64,000 nt of DNA from Halarcobacter sp. (GTDB lineage: Bacteria; Campylobacterota; Campylobacteria; Campylobacterales; Arcobacteraceae): NCBI GenBank assembly GCA_048571215.1, contig CP182352.1, positions 1,088,001-1,152,000 on the forward strand, read 5' to 3'. The translations under genes and the position numbers were made by a program. The notes under the pieces were generated by a model. The model was not told the origin of the DNA. It ran no database searches and saw only the letters and a list, made by a program, of their open reading frames with translations. Shown here one piece after another: positions 27,101 through 32,769 of this stretch. Position 1 is the first letter of the stretch; each line of letters starts with the position of its first letter.

Positions 27101-28001
27101 AGCAGATGATATTTTGAACTTAAGTTCTGGAAATGATACGATTAATTTAGGAGATGGAGATGATACTGTAAATGTATCAACTATCTCAAATCTTGATACA
27201 AATGATAACATTGATGGTGGTGCAGGAACTAACGATACCTTAAACATAACAGGAACAGGCACTATTGACTCAGCTAATTTAATAGATGTAACAGGTTTTG
27301 AAAATCTTAATCTATCAAGTGGAGATGATACGGTAACTTTTGATAATACAACAGAGTTTGGTAACTTTATAAATGAGTTTACGAATATAGTTGATACTGG
27401 TGGAAATGATACTTTATCATTTGGAACAACTGCTGTAAATGGAGATTTAGATTTTAGCAAACTAGGTGATTTTGAAAACCTTAATCTATCAAGTGTAGGA
27501 GACAATATCACACTAAGTGGGGATGAAGCTACAAATGTAAATGGATTAGGAGGAGATGATAATTTTTCACTTGATTTTACAAATATAGATAATTTCCAAA
27601 TAGATGGTGGAAGTGGTAGTGATACAGTTTCTATGACAGGTTCAACATCAGCTATTACAGCAGATACTGTATTTGGAGGTGTAAACGATTTCTCTAATAT
27701 GGAAACAATAGATTTAACAGGATTAAGTCTAAATGTTGGTGCTGATACAAGTGATGGTGGAACAAATGCAGAATGGACTCTTGATGGTTCATTAATTGAT
27801 GCATGGGATAATGGAACTGATCCTTTACATATTAGTTTAAATTCATCAGATGCAAATAAATTAGAGTTTATAGATAATGGTGGAAATAAAATTGGTGGTG
27901 ATGATTCAGATAGCACTTCAGCAATTAATTCAGGGTATACCTATACTTTAGATGATGGTTCAGGTGGTACAGTTGATCTTGTGATTGATTTACAACCATA
28001 A
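6090..28001 (+). CDS. Giant RTX/beta-roll adhesin-like T1SS substrate, downstream part (7303 aa), continuation of the upstream ORF
   Basis: Same module grammar resumes exactly (GGTGKDTADYS). RTX modules to ~21300, S/T/D-rich repeats ~22300-27000, terminal RTX repeats, C-terminus ...GGTVDLVIDLQP. No Cys seen. Adjacent to a complete T1SS. Confidence 0.93.
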   Translation: MVQIPFWGGTGKDTADYSGITDTSRSISVELESSEVKTVTINGAANDTLQDVENVTGGAGDDTLIGDGNVNTLKGGIGNDIIDGADGKDLLYGGDGNDNIIGGDKEDTIYGDAGNDILNGEDGADSLFGGDGDDTLLGGAGIDYLDGGAEDTLGDSVDFSTESGKLDVNFRNVDVNGYSQAYIDNIGDDYLKDVENIKGTNQDDYIGGNASNNTIIALNGDDTIIGDGGADYLTGGEGDDIFKAGIDANGDKILEDSDDGVDFIDGGNLSEINGDTVDYSAISKSINVTLSGSNDATVVVGDLDSNNTVGDYKDDTIRNIENIIGSSANDTITGDINKNTLAGSLGDDTLYGAGGNDTLDGGSGIDTADYTQAASKVVVDMSISTGEVTVDGDSGTDNLIDIEKIIGSTHDDTLSGYDQADTLYGGAGSDTISGGKGADNLSGYGLTTGTDSDLDTVSYSYVAAADEVNIDLTAGTATVDVSGDTSDTDTLSDFENVIGGAGADTINGSSVANVINAGSGADTITGQAGGDQLNGEAGNDTFIATDANDGVDIIDGGADSDTIDYSILGVGNEITFTLAESGNSSNITIADSGDSDLISNVENIIASQGDDDITGNSSVNTIYGQAGDDQINGEAGNDTLYGETGDDTLKGGFGDDYIDGGTNSTQGDTVDYSDASSGVTVNMSGNSVSVGAGLGTDTLVDIENALGSDYDDTFITNENADNKFYGGNNEAAGDTVDYSSRLTDANDKIVADLTSGNVDIYNDGAVTPNATDTLFDIENVTGSSGNDTISGDVNNNTIIGLSGNDTISGNDGIDYLDGGTGLDDRVDYSYSNEGVTVDLENDTGYINAGDNDTLIGFENVKGTTGNDTIILKSNAGLLTGVENEIDGNSGDNDTVSYENYTDDLTIDMTAGATATGDNDILTSIENAVGGTGDDTFISDTLIDNEFDGNSGQDTVDYSSSSDTVNVTLNGSIAANLTLGNGTVDSVKNIENVIGGSVNDTITGDANDNTLQGNEGLDILTGGLGDDYLDGGADSDKLYGSAGFDTIFGNEGDDLVEGGSDADLIYGDDLANSVTGNDSLLGQGGDDTIYGGLGDDTLDGDVGDDTLKGGDGNDTLIGGQNNDDLDGEAGIDTVDYRYASGSVTVDLGDDGTTSQNIGAAEGFDKLANIENVIGSNYDDTFYGSNGVANLFNGGDSESGEVNGDTVDYSTRLDQATDSISVDLSNSGIVTVVNGGVSQADDTLVNIENITGTAGNDFIGGDSDNNTLKGQAGDDTLRGDAGDDYLDGGADIDTVTYAGESLNVTVDLNNNSATGTGIGTDTLIDIENVIGGDANDTIIMKEGAIANDIKGGLGSDTISYENYTSSGVDINLSTTASQTVATGDNDTLESIEDIIGSDFDDTFIGSSSNNTITGNDGSDTFIAGTDVNNDGNLDAWSDDGADTYDGGAGVNDWIDYSVITGDGVNGANGIEIILDTTNPTTVTVQGQADVDTIVNVEHISGTQDSDIIQGDMANNSLLGNAGADQIKGGAGADKIYGGSDDDNLLGESGNDTLYGGTGNDALTGDVGDDIIYGGDGTTDFGSDTVDYTNALESLTITLDTNLDIDDEFGNYDAVGTSDGASGEQGQGDDILYGIENVIGSDYASDIVYGSHGDNSISTLAHDDTITAYNGDDTIDAGSGDDLIFATSNSDGNDTIDGGTGSDTLDYQTISNGISVDFSEANTDSTLTIASGNSDTVRNVENILSGSASDVLSGNSSSNTIVGNAGNDTISGEAGIDKLYGDAIDGTGSGNDTVSYAYTSSDAQIDLNAETAYINITDNDTISSFENVISGSGNDIITGSSVDNTLEGGAGDDTFKGLGGDDVIYGGTSLADAGTQDTIDYTSQARIITTLSEGASVTVGTSGETDTIYGIENIIGSNTGNDTITGDASDNTILGQGGDDTLKGAAGADKLDGGSGDDLFIIDTDGDATGDEIIGGADYDTVSYLGLSSGVTVDLLSGSTVTVAIGTDTHTLTEIEHLQGTNYNDVLTGDSNLNKMEGMGGDDIITGNDGADQLYGGANELNSQSSGDDTLDGKAGDDFIRGGDGADYIYGGDGKDTLYGEDGVDNIDGEAGNDILYGGASDDALNGGLGADTIFGEAGDDTITFVQADNSVDYVYGGNASNDSDTLVGDTVDYSQAITGMTVDLAENNLEGTASSADQGTDYLYGIENIIGSNLASDTITGNSEVNTLSGMGDDDTLYGLAGADTLLGGAGNDELHGGDDSDSIDGGIGNDLIYGDAGLDTLVGNSGDDSFIATSASDGSDSIIGGIGSDTVDYSVITDSGNSVTATLLASGDSTVTLGTGDNDTINGIENIIGTSGDDTFTGSALVNTLVGGAGTDEVRYDYDNGTGVVVDLEAGTATENGGIVDTLVTIENVVGSSYDDTFVTKSGVVNVIDGGNHVNGDLIDYSSTSSSIDLTLNTSTQATVNIAGTVYDDIISNIEHVKGSTSADTITGDSSVNTLLGMAGDDTLSGAAGADYLDGGAGNDTLIGGADADSLFGGIGDDIFTGSDFTGDVIDGGDEIDTSRGSDTVDYSSVNVTTSGVEVTLNDSTVSNVTVDGNANNHTIVNIENIYGTSLDDIIIGDADSNSLIGNAGTDYIDGSAGDDYIDGGANTTGTETLIGGLGLDTITGGTGVDYILGGDDSDLLYGNEDNDTLDGGAGVDTLEGGSGDDTLIGGAGNDNLSGGTGSDTADYSNESASIQANIANSFAVGSSIGTDTFNSIENITGTDLGGDADNITGNDSDNILKGLAGDDTISEMAGADIVEGGAGNDYIIAGAGDDIIDGDDTDGGTLNGTSDTLDYSSLAINDDTGDTRDIDGSGIDSNVSDAYLGIEVDLSVTSSQRIHAEYGSDTITNIENIIGSDKGDYISGNDSANILEGRAGNDYLVGLDGADKLIGGSGTDTGDFTLGSQDVVIDMTKSQTDGSSNTYRIENDGYGNAEYLDGVENIITGSGDDTIYGDALSNTIITGAGNDTIRGGGDADVIDGGADEDTADFSDLAYGVTVDLDTDNNSGNSAVGTALSNGKTDTLREIENVIGTERADNITGDDKNNTILGGADNDTLRGLEGQDYFDGGDGSADTIDFSDGTEGIDVDLSVTQTLGTSSTYTVQNDGFGNAEYAAGIENIIGTNSVDIITGDSNNNLLDGGASGDTISGGAGSDTLVGQTGADTFLGGAGDDYIYGNAQNISSADSDRDVVDYSSASNSILLNLSSSDSTIELSNETTTTLGTQTAVGDGTDRLYDIQDVIGSNLADTIVGDDTSNSLFGNGGNDILIGGLGADVIEGQGDNDTILGGLDGDVIYGGTVSAGTHTDSGNDTVDYSYLSDATAINVDLSLDDNDATTNNEQEIKVIGDATSYDSVEGIENIVGTRNNDIIKGSDDFAETNILDGYKGNDTFYASKGVDTFIGGDGIDTLDFSNIDTNSSTVTTEDDGNAVIVDLGLEQATDDGYQNGSAVVDTIRDIEIVIGTTGDDQLRGSSEANTLIGGEGNDTITGVAGTNLLQGGDGDDSILGGSDADTIEGGIGADTLSGGVGDDSISGGDGNDIINKTNATGNDSIDAGLGDDTIYSGEGDNILTGGDGSDTLTYEQITSTGITANLGSGASGDFGTVTIGSDTDTLQDHFEIVKGSADTDTILGFNGTAVVGVDYSDTLYGKGSSDSLFGGIGDDIIYGENGDDIIRGQAGNDVIDGGAGTDTIDFSDANVGVEVYLNGTDKNNNAVAHEVIEDGFGGQDDITSVEKVTGSNYDDTIKGTDSWNNISSGSGDDTIIATSGGDTINGGSNTTGAGGGDWLSFEALTSAVNAKMQDGQISGGLGSTTISNIENLLGTTLDDTLIGDDNNNSLDGNSGDDTIDGAGGADNLFGSTGNDTLIGGDGIDTYDGGDGSDTISFYDVEASVDVDLSSSTVNEDGFGNTESGAISAIENIIGTLNYADILTGDNSDNIIYGYGGNDTINALGGFDTVYGGTGNDIINSGNDTDDTSEDVVFGQEGIDTITGTFDKAVLYGDNVGGSNAEEDWIDYSSSTSGITVDLSGNVANSTYTLDSANDALDGTYVKVTNNDSPTDFDLIAQIENIIGTDQVDTLGGNDSEDNSILAGDGDDTIYHSNSVGNNYVDGQGGSDWLSLEYYAVNIDLSSGTNGIYNIENLIDKQTGSSRTIWGSNTDNIFIMYDGNDHVLGRSGNDIYDLGDGDDRASASLGSDTIIGGAGQDTLDYRNYWTGQSTNIILQDVNIDTNDDGIGDTSVSSLVTNIDIAGLQTLTDGNYSFFNVTDARGYTDYIYKEADGTADIERFYLSNVADVFVGDEGDNTVNAYEGNDTVLGMGGDDILNGNSGADLIYGGTGNDDLDGSDGDDRVYGEDGNDIINGGENNDTLWGGIGDDNLYGDNGIDIIYDEEGTDYINGGADEDTVIFKEGTQGVDVDLNAGSSTDAFGNSQTITNVENITATSMDDIIIGEDGVTNIIYGLDGNDTFTVTTNETGKSDYIYGGDGTNDKVILSDNVDGSVGDANGNILVDPDSDSTTYDTTVDMLTDNNIEFVSSGANNSTKIYDIEDVDGSIKDDYIKADGEDNTITGNAGNDYIQGLAGADNIDAGTGDDIVEGGTGNDTLDGGTGVDTLVYTNSLSGVTVNLNTSTSTGADIGTDNISNFENILGSSSGDVLTGDNSTSVGNTIYGQGGADSIYGLAGDDELHGGDNNDYIDGGAGNDNLFGDGGDDSFVTSAGDDTIDGGANSDTVDYSSATGPLNVTLTDSGTTTITIDGNDSLTNVENLIGTSADDIITGESNNNTFVGNAGDDTLKGAGGDDNLQGGTGDDTLYGGTGTNIINGGEGSETTGDWISYTDVVGDVNINLASGTATGAVDDTISFIEHIEMGDGNDTVQGDIYDNSLLGGNGSDTLSVSTATGGVTFNVTNNNGTTSGAGVGTDNFESFENFEGSSYADTLNTAAIDNITFNGAGNTDTIDYTGLSTAVTVTVNNNNPITVNDGTNEDTLTNVEHIISGSGDDTFNYTGTPNVTILDAGAGSDTLALNGDVDLSGVTLLNFENIIVKDGDTATLSATDLDDKTYDIELQGSGSLIVNATALASDHDFDNITVTKTGTATGTFTLQVDNSVDLTAHDINGTNNIIDIIKVNSGTVTLSETQVTSGTVVVNGAGSAVVEVSSDSSTDFSTILALDTPSNETIQFTADSTFSGNFGDSTGSVDSGVTLTADAVIIDGVSVTNSGTVNVTDLDNDAGLNDADADLSTIIGGTINATWNGTDTFTGNLGNAIVDIASGTMSTDGSLIDGKIILGAGTLTITGSGDGSLDVSNITTTPALDINITDGATTLTGVSIDVDASGSSSAITVETGDGSLDITGGSGSDNVTYTSSTTLSGTLTSVESVTINSGITLTSAFSDINVVASITGTGTLTLTDTSIDATDLNNLDTKTNGTVDASSLTSMNGSIADLTTAYNASGISGLGNENVTTTDTGTVVSTDITTLSGLTTGTVTIDSAVTELTGTISEVQAVYDASNVTIDADENVTVSDINASASSLNTLNSSTTGLVTATNVANITSSSFADVNTLISNKGTSGDAINVDGNYNVVLSDTSISAANVKVVNDDTSGAIDISAATTITSSSVSDVLEIVNNTGSNFTTASNYAVTLSDSSLSAADVKTINDDNGTGAIDISAATTITSSSVSDVLEIVNNTGSNFTTASNYAVTLSDSSLSAADVKTINDDNGTGAIDISAATTITSSSVSDVLEIVNDTNSNFTTASDYTVTLSDTSASAADLNAINADTTGLVTATNVANITSSSFADVNTLISNKGTSGDAINVDGNYNVVLSDTSISAANVKVVNDDTSGAIDISAATTITSSSVSDVLEIVNNTGSNFTTASNYAVTLSDSSLSAADVKTINDDNGTGAIDISAATTITSSSVSDVLEIVNDTNSNFTTASDYTVTLSDSSLSAADVKTINDDNGTGAIDISAATTITSSSVSDVLEIVNDTNSNFTTASDYTVTLSDTSASAADLNAINADTTGLVTATNVANITSSSFADVNTLISNKGTSGDAINVDGNYNVVLSDTSISAANVKVVNDDTSGAIDISAATTITSSSVSDVLEIVNNTGSNFTTASNYAVTLSDSSLSAADVKTINDDNGTGAIDISAATTITSSSVSDVLEIVNDTNSNFTTASDYTVTLSDTSASAADLNAINADTTGLVTATNVANITSSSFADVNTLISNKGTSGDAINVDGNYNVVLSDTSISAANVKVVNDDTSGAIDISAATTITSSSVSDVLEIVNNTGSNFTTASNYAVTLSDSSLSAADVKTINDDNGTGAIDISAATTITSSSVSDVLEIVNNTGSNFTTASNYAVTLSDSSLSAADVKTINDDNGTGAIDISAATTITSSSVSDVLEIVNDTNSNFTTASDYTVTLSDTSASAADLNAINADTTGLVTATNVANITSSSFADVNTLISNKGTSGDAINVDGNYNVVLSDTSISAANVKVVNDDTSGAIDISAATTITSSSVSDVLEIVNNTGSNFTTASNYAVTLSDSSLSAADVKTINDDNGTGAIDISAATTITSSSVSDVLEIVNNTGSNFTTASDYTVTLSDSASASELNSIAGDTTGVVTATLDANTTISDATLTSLANVDVNDIITLNSTVTTADATALNDLDALLDTKTYSISEITEAYDTANLTTEINDALVIVPNANVTITGGEISASNANTIADQTSGKLNATITAATAAVLAGALVNASASDELTISVNDDASATQASNLVTLDSKTSIAVNANAVTSITGTLSEYNNLVSADVNIDNDYLLEISDTNTASDINAILNNTSSAVTATISSDSASNLKTNLSNATSSDALNLTISGASANASDLLALDLKTSQTIDASSLTNISGSLDNLNSIYNSGDFSGLGDENLSITDTGSVTSTQLNDILTETSGTITLSGTGSLQVSVANGDSLDLSGVTNSLSGNLTINDTTGNENITGTSADDILNLSSGNDTINLGDGDDTVNVSTISNLDTNDNIDGGAGTNDTLNITGTGTIDSANLIDVTGFENLNLSSGDDTVTFDNTTEFGNFINEFTNIVDTGGNDTLSFGTTAVNGDLDFSKLGDFENLNLSSVGDNITLSGDEATNVNGLGGDDNFSLDFTNIDNFQIDGGSGSDTVSMTGSTSAITADTVFGGVNDFSNMETIDLTGLSLNVGADTSDGGTNAEWTLDGSLIDAWDNGTDPLHISLNSSDANKLEFIDNGGNKIGGDDSDSTSAINSGYTYTLDDGSGGTVDLVIDLQP
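6109..6115 (+). other. G7 homopolymer causing the +1 frameshift (candidate slipped-strand switch or sequencing error)
   Basis: accatttt-ggggggg-tactgga; G6 gives ATT TTG GGG GGT ACT GGA = I-L-G-G-T-G and fuses the two ORFs. Confidence 0.85.
22800..25960 (+). repeat. Higher-order near-identical tandem repeat in the RTX gene (~177-bp subunits in 534/711-bp superunits)
   Basis: accacaggcttagtaacagca recurs at 22800, 23511, 24222, 24756 and 25467 (spacings 711, 711, 534, 711); subunit GAIDISAATTITSSSVSDVLEIV... is 59 aa. Confidence 0.95.
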
Positions 28002-28017
28002 TTAAATAGGAAATAAA

Positions 28018-28869
28018 ATGGATAAAAACTTTAATAAATTAATAAAAGCAAGAAATGGCTATTGTCTATTTAATAAAAATGATAAATATATAGGTTATTC
28101 TCTCGAAAAATATGGTGAATTTTCCCACTTGGAAGTTGAACTTTTTAAACAAATTTGTAAAAAAGGAGATACTATCATTGAAGTTGGTGCAAATATTGGT
28201 GCTCATACTCAGTTTTTTTCAAATAGAGTAGGGCACAGTGGTAAAATACTTGCCTTTGAACCACAAAGGATAGTTTTTCAAACTCTTTGTGCAAATATAT
28301 CAATAAATTCTATGACAAATGTATATACCTATCATATGGCATTATCCAATGAAGAGGGTACAGCTTTGATTGCTCCAATTGATTACACAAAATTGGGAAA
28401 TTTTGGTGGTATTAGTATAGAAAATTCCAGAAAAGGTGAATCTGTACAACAAAAAACACTAGATGATTTTATTGAGCAAGTTGATAACTTAAAGTTAATA
28501 AAAGTAGATGTTGAAGGTATGGAAGAAAAAGTGTTAAAAGGTGCAAAAAAAATTATCAAAAAATATAAACCCTTTTTATATGTGGAAAATGATAGACAAG
28601 AAAAATCACAATCTTTAATAGAGTATATAAAGTCTTTAGATTATGAATTATATTGGCATATGCCAAAACTATATAACCCAAATAATTTTTATAAAAGTAG
28701 TGAAAATATTTTTGGAAATATAGTTTCAGTAAATATGATATGTATCCATAAAAGTTTAAAAGTAAATGTGGAAAAAATGATAAAAATTGAAGATAGTAAA
28801 TTTCATCCTATGAAGAAAGGTAAAAAAGAAAATAGTAATAAAAAAAATAGTGGAGAAACCAATGAATAA
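28018..28869 (+). CDS. FkbM-family SAM-dependent methyltransferase
   Basis: IIEVGANIGAHT, LAFEPQ and LIKVDVEGMEEKVLKGA motifs typical of FkbM/Methyltransf_21. Confidence 0.9.
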   Translation: MDKNFNKLIKARNGYCLFNKNDKYIGYSLEKYGEFSHLEVELFKQICKKGDTIIEVGANIGAHTQFFSNRVGHSGKILAFEPQRIVFQTLCANISINSMTNVYTYHMALSNEEGTALIAPIDYTKLGNFGGISIENSRKGESVQQKTLDDFIEQVDNLKLIKVDVEGMEEKVLKGAKKIIKKYKPFLYVENDRQEKSQSLIEYIKSLDYELYWHMPKLYNPNNFYKSSENIFGNIVSVNMICIHKSLKVNVEKMIKIEDSKFHPMKKGKKENSNKKNSGETNE

Positions 28870-30658
28870 ACAAGAAAATATAAAAAAACTATTAAATAAA
28901 GCATATGAAGATTATAAAAAAAATGATTTTGAAACTTCAAAACAAACATATTTAGATATCTTAATAGAGGATAAAAATAATAGCGAAGCTTTAGGAAATC
29001 TTGGAGTTATTTATAGAGCATTAGGAGATAATAATAAATCATATGAATACTATATAAAAGCGATAAATTCAAATCCAAAAAATATAATGGTTTATAACAA
29101 TCTAGGAAATCTTTTAAAAGATACTGGAAATTATAAAGCTGCATTAAAAGTATACTCTGATGCTATAAAGATTGAACCCAAAAACTATTTAATGTACAAC
29201 AATTTAGGAATGGTTTATGAAAAATTAAAAGATTATAACAAGGCTATACAAAGCTATAAAGAATCTGTGAGAATCAATCCAAATTATGATAAAGCAGTAA
29301 ACAATATAGGGGTAGTTTTATATAAACAAAAAAAATATAAAGAGTCTATTGAAATATTTAAAATAGCTTTAAAAATAAACCCAAAATATTATGAGTTATA
29401 CAGTAATATTGGGGCTTGTTATAATAAACTTAAAATGTATGATGAATCAATTGAGGCTTTAAATATTGCCATAGAAAAAAATCCAAAAAATGGGGGAGCA
29501 TACACAAACCTTGGAAATGTTTATAATAAACTTTTTGACTATAAAAAAGCTGCTAAGCTACATGAAAAATCGATAGAATTAGACCCAAATGGTTCAAATG
29601 CCTATAGCAATGTGGGAACTTCATACAAACACTTAGGACAAGTAAAAAAAGCTATTGATTCTTATAAAAAAGCCATAGAACTTGACCCAAATTTCGTAAA
29701 TGCTCACTTTGATTTGGCAACTATGTATTTAGGAAAAGGTGATTATAAAAATGGATTTAGAGAATATGAGTGGAGATTTAAAAAAGAGGAGATGATATCT
29801 CATATAGTAAACAATAAAGATATTTTTTCAAAGCCTATGTTTACAGGGAAAGATGAGATTAAGGATAAAACAATACTTATCCACTCCGAGCAAGGTTTTG
29901 GAGATTCTATTCAATTTATAAGATTTCTAAAGCCATTTAAAGAAAAATTTAAATGTAAAATTGCAGTTAAATGTAGAGATGAGTTAAAGAAATTATTTAA
30001 GTCTATTGATGAAATTGATGTTTTAACAAATAGAAGTGAAGCTACACCAGAATTTGATTATCATTTACCAATAATGAGTATGCCATATATTTTAGAGATA
30101 AATTCAGCGAAAGATCTTATCACTGAGACGCCTTATTTAAATATTCCAAAAAAGAATATTTTTGATATTAAAAAAGAGAAAGGGAAGATTAATGTAGGTA
30201 TTTGTTGGTCAGCATCTGTTACTTCTGAAAGTTATGAGGAGAGAGTTTTAGAATTAGAAAGATTTTTACCAATAATTAATAATAATAAGATAAATGTCTA
30301 TTCACTTCAATTAGGTCCAGATAAAGAAGCTATAAAAAAGCTTGGATTAGAAGATAAAGTTATTGATATCACTGATAAATTAACTGATTTTTCAAAAACA
30401 GCAGATTTAGTTCAAGAGTTGGACTTAGTAGTTAGTTCTGATACTTCTGTTGTTCATCTTTGTGGTGCTATGAATATTCCAGTTTGGGTAATGGTACCTA
30501 AAATTCCAGATTGGAGATGGGGAAATAAAGGAGAAACATCACCTTGGTATAAAAGTGCAAAACTTTTTAGACAAAAAAGCGCTAGAGTCTGGGATAGTGT
30601 ATTTCAGTCTATTTATGATAAACTATTTTCTAATTTTAAAATCAAAATAGATAGGTAG
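28862..30658 (+). CDS. TPR-repeat glycosyltransferase (N-terminal TPRs + GT-B/GT9-like domain)
   Basis: About nine TPRs (AYTNLGNVYNKLFDYKKAAKLHEKSIELDP) followed by HSEQGFGDSIQFIRF, DLVVSSDTSVVHLCGAM, DWRW and SPWY motifs. ATG 28862 (GGAGA upstream) preferred over GTG 28850. Confidence 0.85.
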   Translation: MNKQENIKKLLNKAYEDYKKNDFETSKQTYLDILIEDKNNSEALGNLGVIYRALGDNNKSYEYYIKAINSNPKNIMVYNNLGNLLKDTGNYKAALKVYSDAIKIEPKNYLMYNNLGMVYEKLKDYNKAIQSYKESVRINPNYDKAVNNIGVVLYKQKKYKESIEIFKIALKINPKYYELYSNIGACYNKLKMYDESIEALNIAIEKNPKNGGAYTNLGNVYNKLFDYKKAAKLHEKSIELDPNGSNAYSNVGTSYKHLGQVKKAIDSYKKAIELDPNFVNAHFDLATMYLGKGDYKNGFREYEWRFKKEEMISHIVNNKDIFSKPMFTGKDEIKDKTILIHSEQGFGDSIQFIRFLKPFKEKFKCKIAVKCRDELKKLFKSIDEIDVLTNRSEATPEFDYHLPIMSMPYILEINSAKDLITETPYLNIPKKNIFDIKKEKGKINVGICWSASVTSESYEERVLELERFLPIINNNKINVYSLQLGPDKEAIKKLGLEDKVIDITDKLTDFSKTADLVQELDLVVSSDTSVVHLCGAMNIPVWVMVPKIPDWRWGNKGETSPWYKSAKLFRQKSARVWDSVFQSIYDKLFSNFKIKIDR

Positions 30659-30662
30659 TTAT

Positions 30663-32765
30663 TTGGACGAAATTTCACAAAATGAAGAGTATAGAGAGCA
30701 ACAACCGTTGTTATACTCTTTAAAGTATATTTTAGATTTTTATTTTGGAGAGATATCAATTGATACTATTTTAAATCTCTCTGCAACTTCAGTTAAGGGT
30801 TTTACATCTGAAATAGCAATAGATGTTACAAATGAAGTGGGACTAAATGCTGTAGAAAAAACTATCAATGCTCTTGATATCCCCACACACTTTTACCCTT
30901 GTATTATTTTTGATAAAAATGATGCCCCTTTTGTACTTATAAAAAAAGATAATAAAGTATTAATCTATGACCCTATCAAAAATGAAAAAATAGAAGAAAA
31001 TGTAAGTTTTTTAAAACATTTCAAAAAAGCAATTTTGATATTTAGGGACCCAAATAAAGAGAAACTTTTGGAACAAACTAGAACAAGAGATTGGTTTTGG
31101 ACTCCTGTTAAAGCCTTTTGGCGTTCATATATTGAAATTGGTCTTTTAACTTTTTTTATCAATATTTTTGCCCTTGCAGTTCCCCTTTTTACAATGAGTG
31201 TATATGATAGGGTAGTTCCAAATAATGCAACAGAAACCCTATTTGTATTGGCTTCAGGGGTTATTATTATTTTGATATTTGATGTTTATTTTAAAAGTGT
31301 AAGAAATCATATTATAGAAAATGTTGGTAAAAAGCTTGGGGTTTATTTAGAAGAAGAGCTTATGAAACGAATGCTTTGTATCAAGTCAGAGTTCGATAAT
31401 ATGTTGGTTGGTTCAAAGGCAAATCTATTTAGAGAATTAAATCAAATAAAAGAGTTTTTTGCTACAAGATCTGTTTTACAAGTAATTGATTTACCTTTTT
31501 TCTTTATAGCTATTTTTGTTATTTTTCTTATATCTCCAGCAGTTGCTGCTGTACCTTTTGGGATTGCTATTTTTATTATTATTTTTAATATTATTATGCA
31601 AGTACCCATCTCAAATCTAAGTAAAAAAAATGTTGAAAATATTCAATCAAAAAATAGTTATTTGGTTGAAACAATCCAAGGAAGTGAAAGTATAAAGTTA
31701 TCAAATGCAGCTTCAACTAAACTATTCAATTGGAGAAACTTAATTGCAAGCACAGATGCTGTAAGTAGAAAGATTCAATCATTAAATGTATTTTCAATGA
31801 ATCTATCACAAACTGTTGTTCAATTTGTAACTATGGCAGTTATAGTTGTAGGTGTATTTGAAATAGCAAATAAAAACTTAACTGTTGGTGGTCTTATTGC
31901 TGTTACCATCCTTTCTAGTCGTGCTATGGTGCCAGTTATACAAACCTCAATGATGGTTATTCGTTTCAAAGAGATAAAGGAGTCATTAAACAATATAAAT
32001 GAGTTTTGGCACCTACCTTTAGAAAATGATAAAAACATTGAAATAGGAGTTGGTAAATTAAAGGGTGAAATAGAGTTTTCAAAGGTGAATTTCTTTTATA
32101 AAAATAGTAAATACCCATCTTTACAAGAGTGTAACTTAAAAATAAATCCTGGTGAAAAAGTTGGTATTATTGGACAAACTGGGGCTGGTAAAACTACTTT
32201 CTTAAGACTTTTAACCGGACTAGATAGTGTTAGTAGTGGAAGTATATATTTAGATGGACATGAGATATCAACTCTTCATCCTGTTGAGATAAGACAAAAT
32301 ATTGGAGTTATGCCCCAAGAACCATTTTTATTTTCAGGATCTTTAAAAGAGAATATAGAGCTGTCAAACCCAATAAGTAAAGACAAGATGATGTCTTTGA
32401 TTAAATTAACTGGTTTAGATGATTTAGTTAAAAAAACAGGGCAGGGTGATGCTTTACAAGTGGGGGAAAGAGGAAGTAATTTATCTGTAGGACAAAGGCA
32501 TTTAGTAGCTTTAGCGAGGGCTATATTAAATGATCCATCAATTATTGTATTAGATGAACCTACAACAGGTCTTGATGTTGGATTAGAAAAAACACTTATA
32601 ACACATCTTAAAAATCTATTAGAAGAAAAAACACTTCTAGTGATAACCCATAGGTTTGCAGCTTTGGAGTTAGTTGATAGGGTTATAGTATTAAACAATG
32701 GGAAAATAGTTGCAGATGGACCAAAAGATAAAGTCTTAGCTGCATTGCAACAAAAGGGTAAGTAA
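30663..32765 (+). CDS. Type I secretion ABC transporter/permease, LapB/LssB-like, with an inactive C39-like N-terminal domain
   Basis: FINIFALAVPLFTMSVYDRVVPNNATETL, Walker A GQTGAGKTT, signature LSVGQR, Walker B IIVLDEPT. Confidence 0.93.
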   Translation: MDEISQNEEYREQQPLLYSLKYILDFYFGEISIDTILNLSATSVKGFTSEIAIDVTNEVGLNAVEKTINALDIPTHFYPCIIFDKNDAPFVLIKKDNKVLIYDPIKNEKIEENVSFLKHFKKAILIFRDPNKEKLLEQTRTRDWFWTPVKAFWRSYIEIGLLTFFINIFALAVPLFTMSVYDRVVPNNATETLFVLASGVIIILIFDVYFKSVRNHIIENVGKKLGVYLEEELMKRMLCIKSEFDNMLVGSKANLFRELNQIKEFFATRSVLQVIDLPFFFIAIFVIFLISPAVAAVPFGIAIFIIIFNIIMQVPISNLSKKNVENIQSKNSYLVETIQGSESIKLSNAASTKLFNWRNLIASTDAVSRKIQSLNVFSMNLSQTVVQFVTMAVIVVGVFEIANKNLTVGGLIAVTILSSRAMVPVIQTSMMVIRFKEIKESLNNINEFWHLPLENDKNIEIGVGKLKGEIEFSKVNFFYKNSKYPSLQECNLKINPGEKVGIIGQTGAGKTTFLRLLTGLDSVSSGSIYLDGHEISTLHPVEIRQNIGVMPQEPFLFSGSLKENIELSNPISKDKMMSLIKLTGLDDLVKKTGQGDALQVGERGSNLSVGQRHLVALARAILNDPSIIVLDEPTTGLDVGLEKTLITHLKNLLEEKTLLVITHRFAALELVDRVIVLNNGKIVADGPKDKVLAALQQKGK

Positions 32766-32769
32766 AACA

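Noticed and set aside
192..27916. Many minus-strand and off-frame ORFs over the RTX gene (e.g. 21533-22804, 26924-27916, repeated 88-aa His/Leu-rich ORFs)
   Set aside because: Antisense shadows of a biased, repetitive coding strand; they repeat with the array period and show no domain motifs.
2..28001. MARTX or pore-forming RTX toxin
   Set aside because: No effector, cysteine-protease or hydrophobic pore domain and no rtxC/hlyC acyltransferase in the window; the unseen N-terminus remains a caveat.
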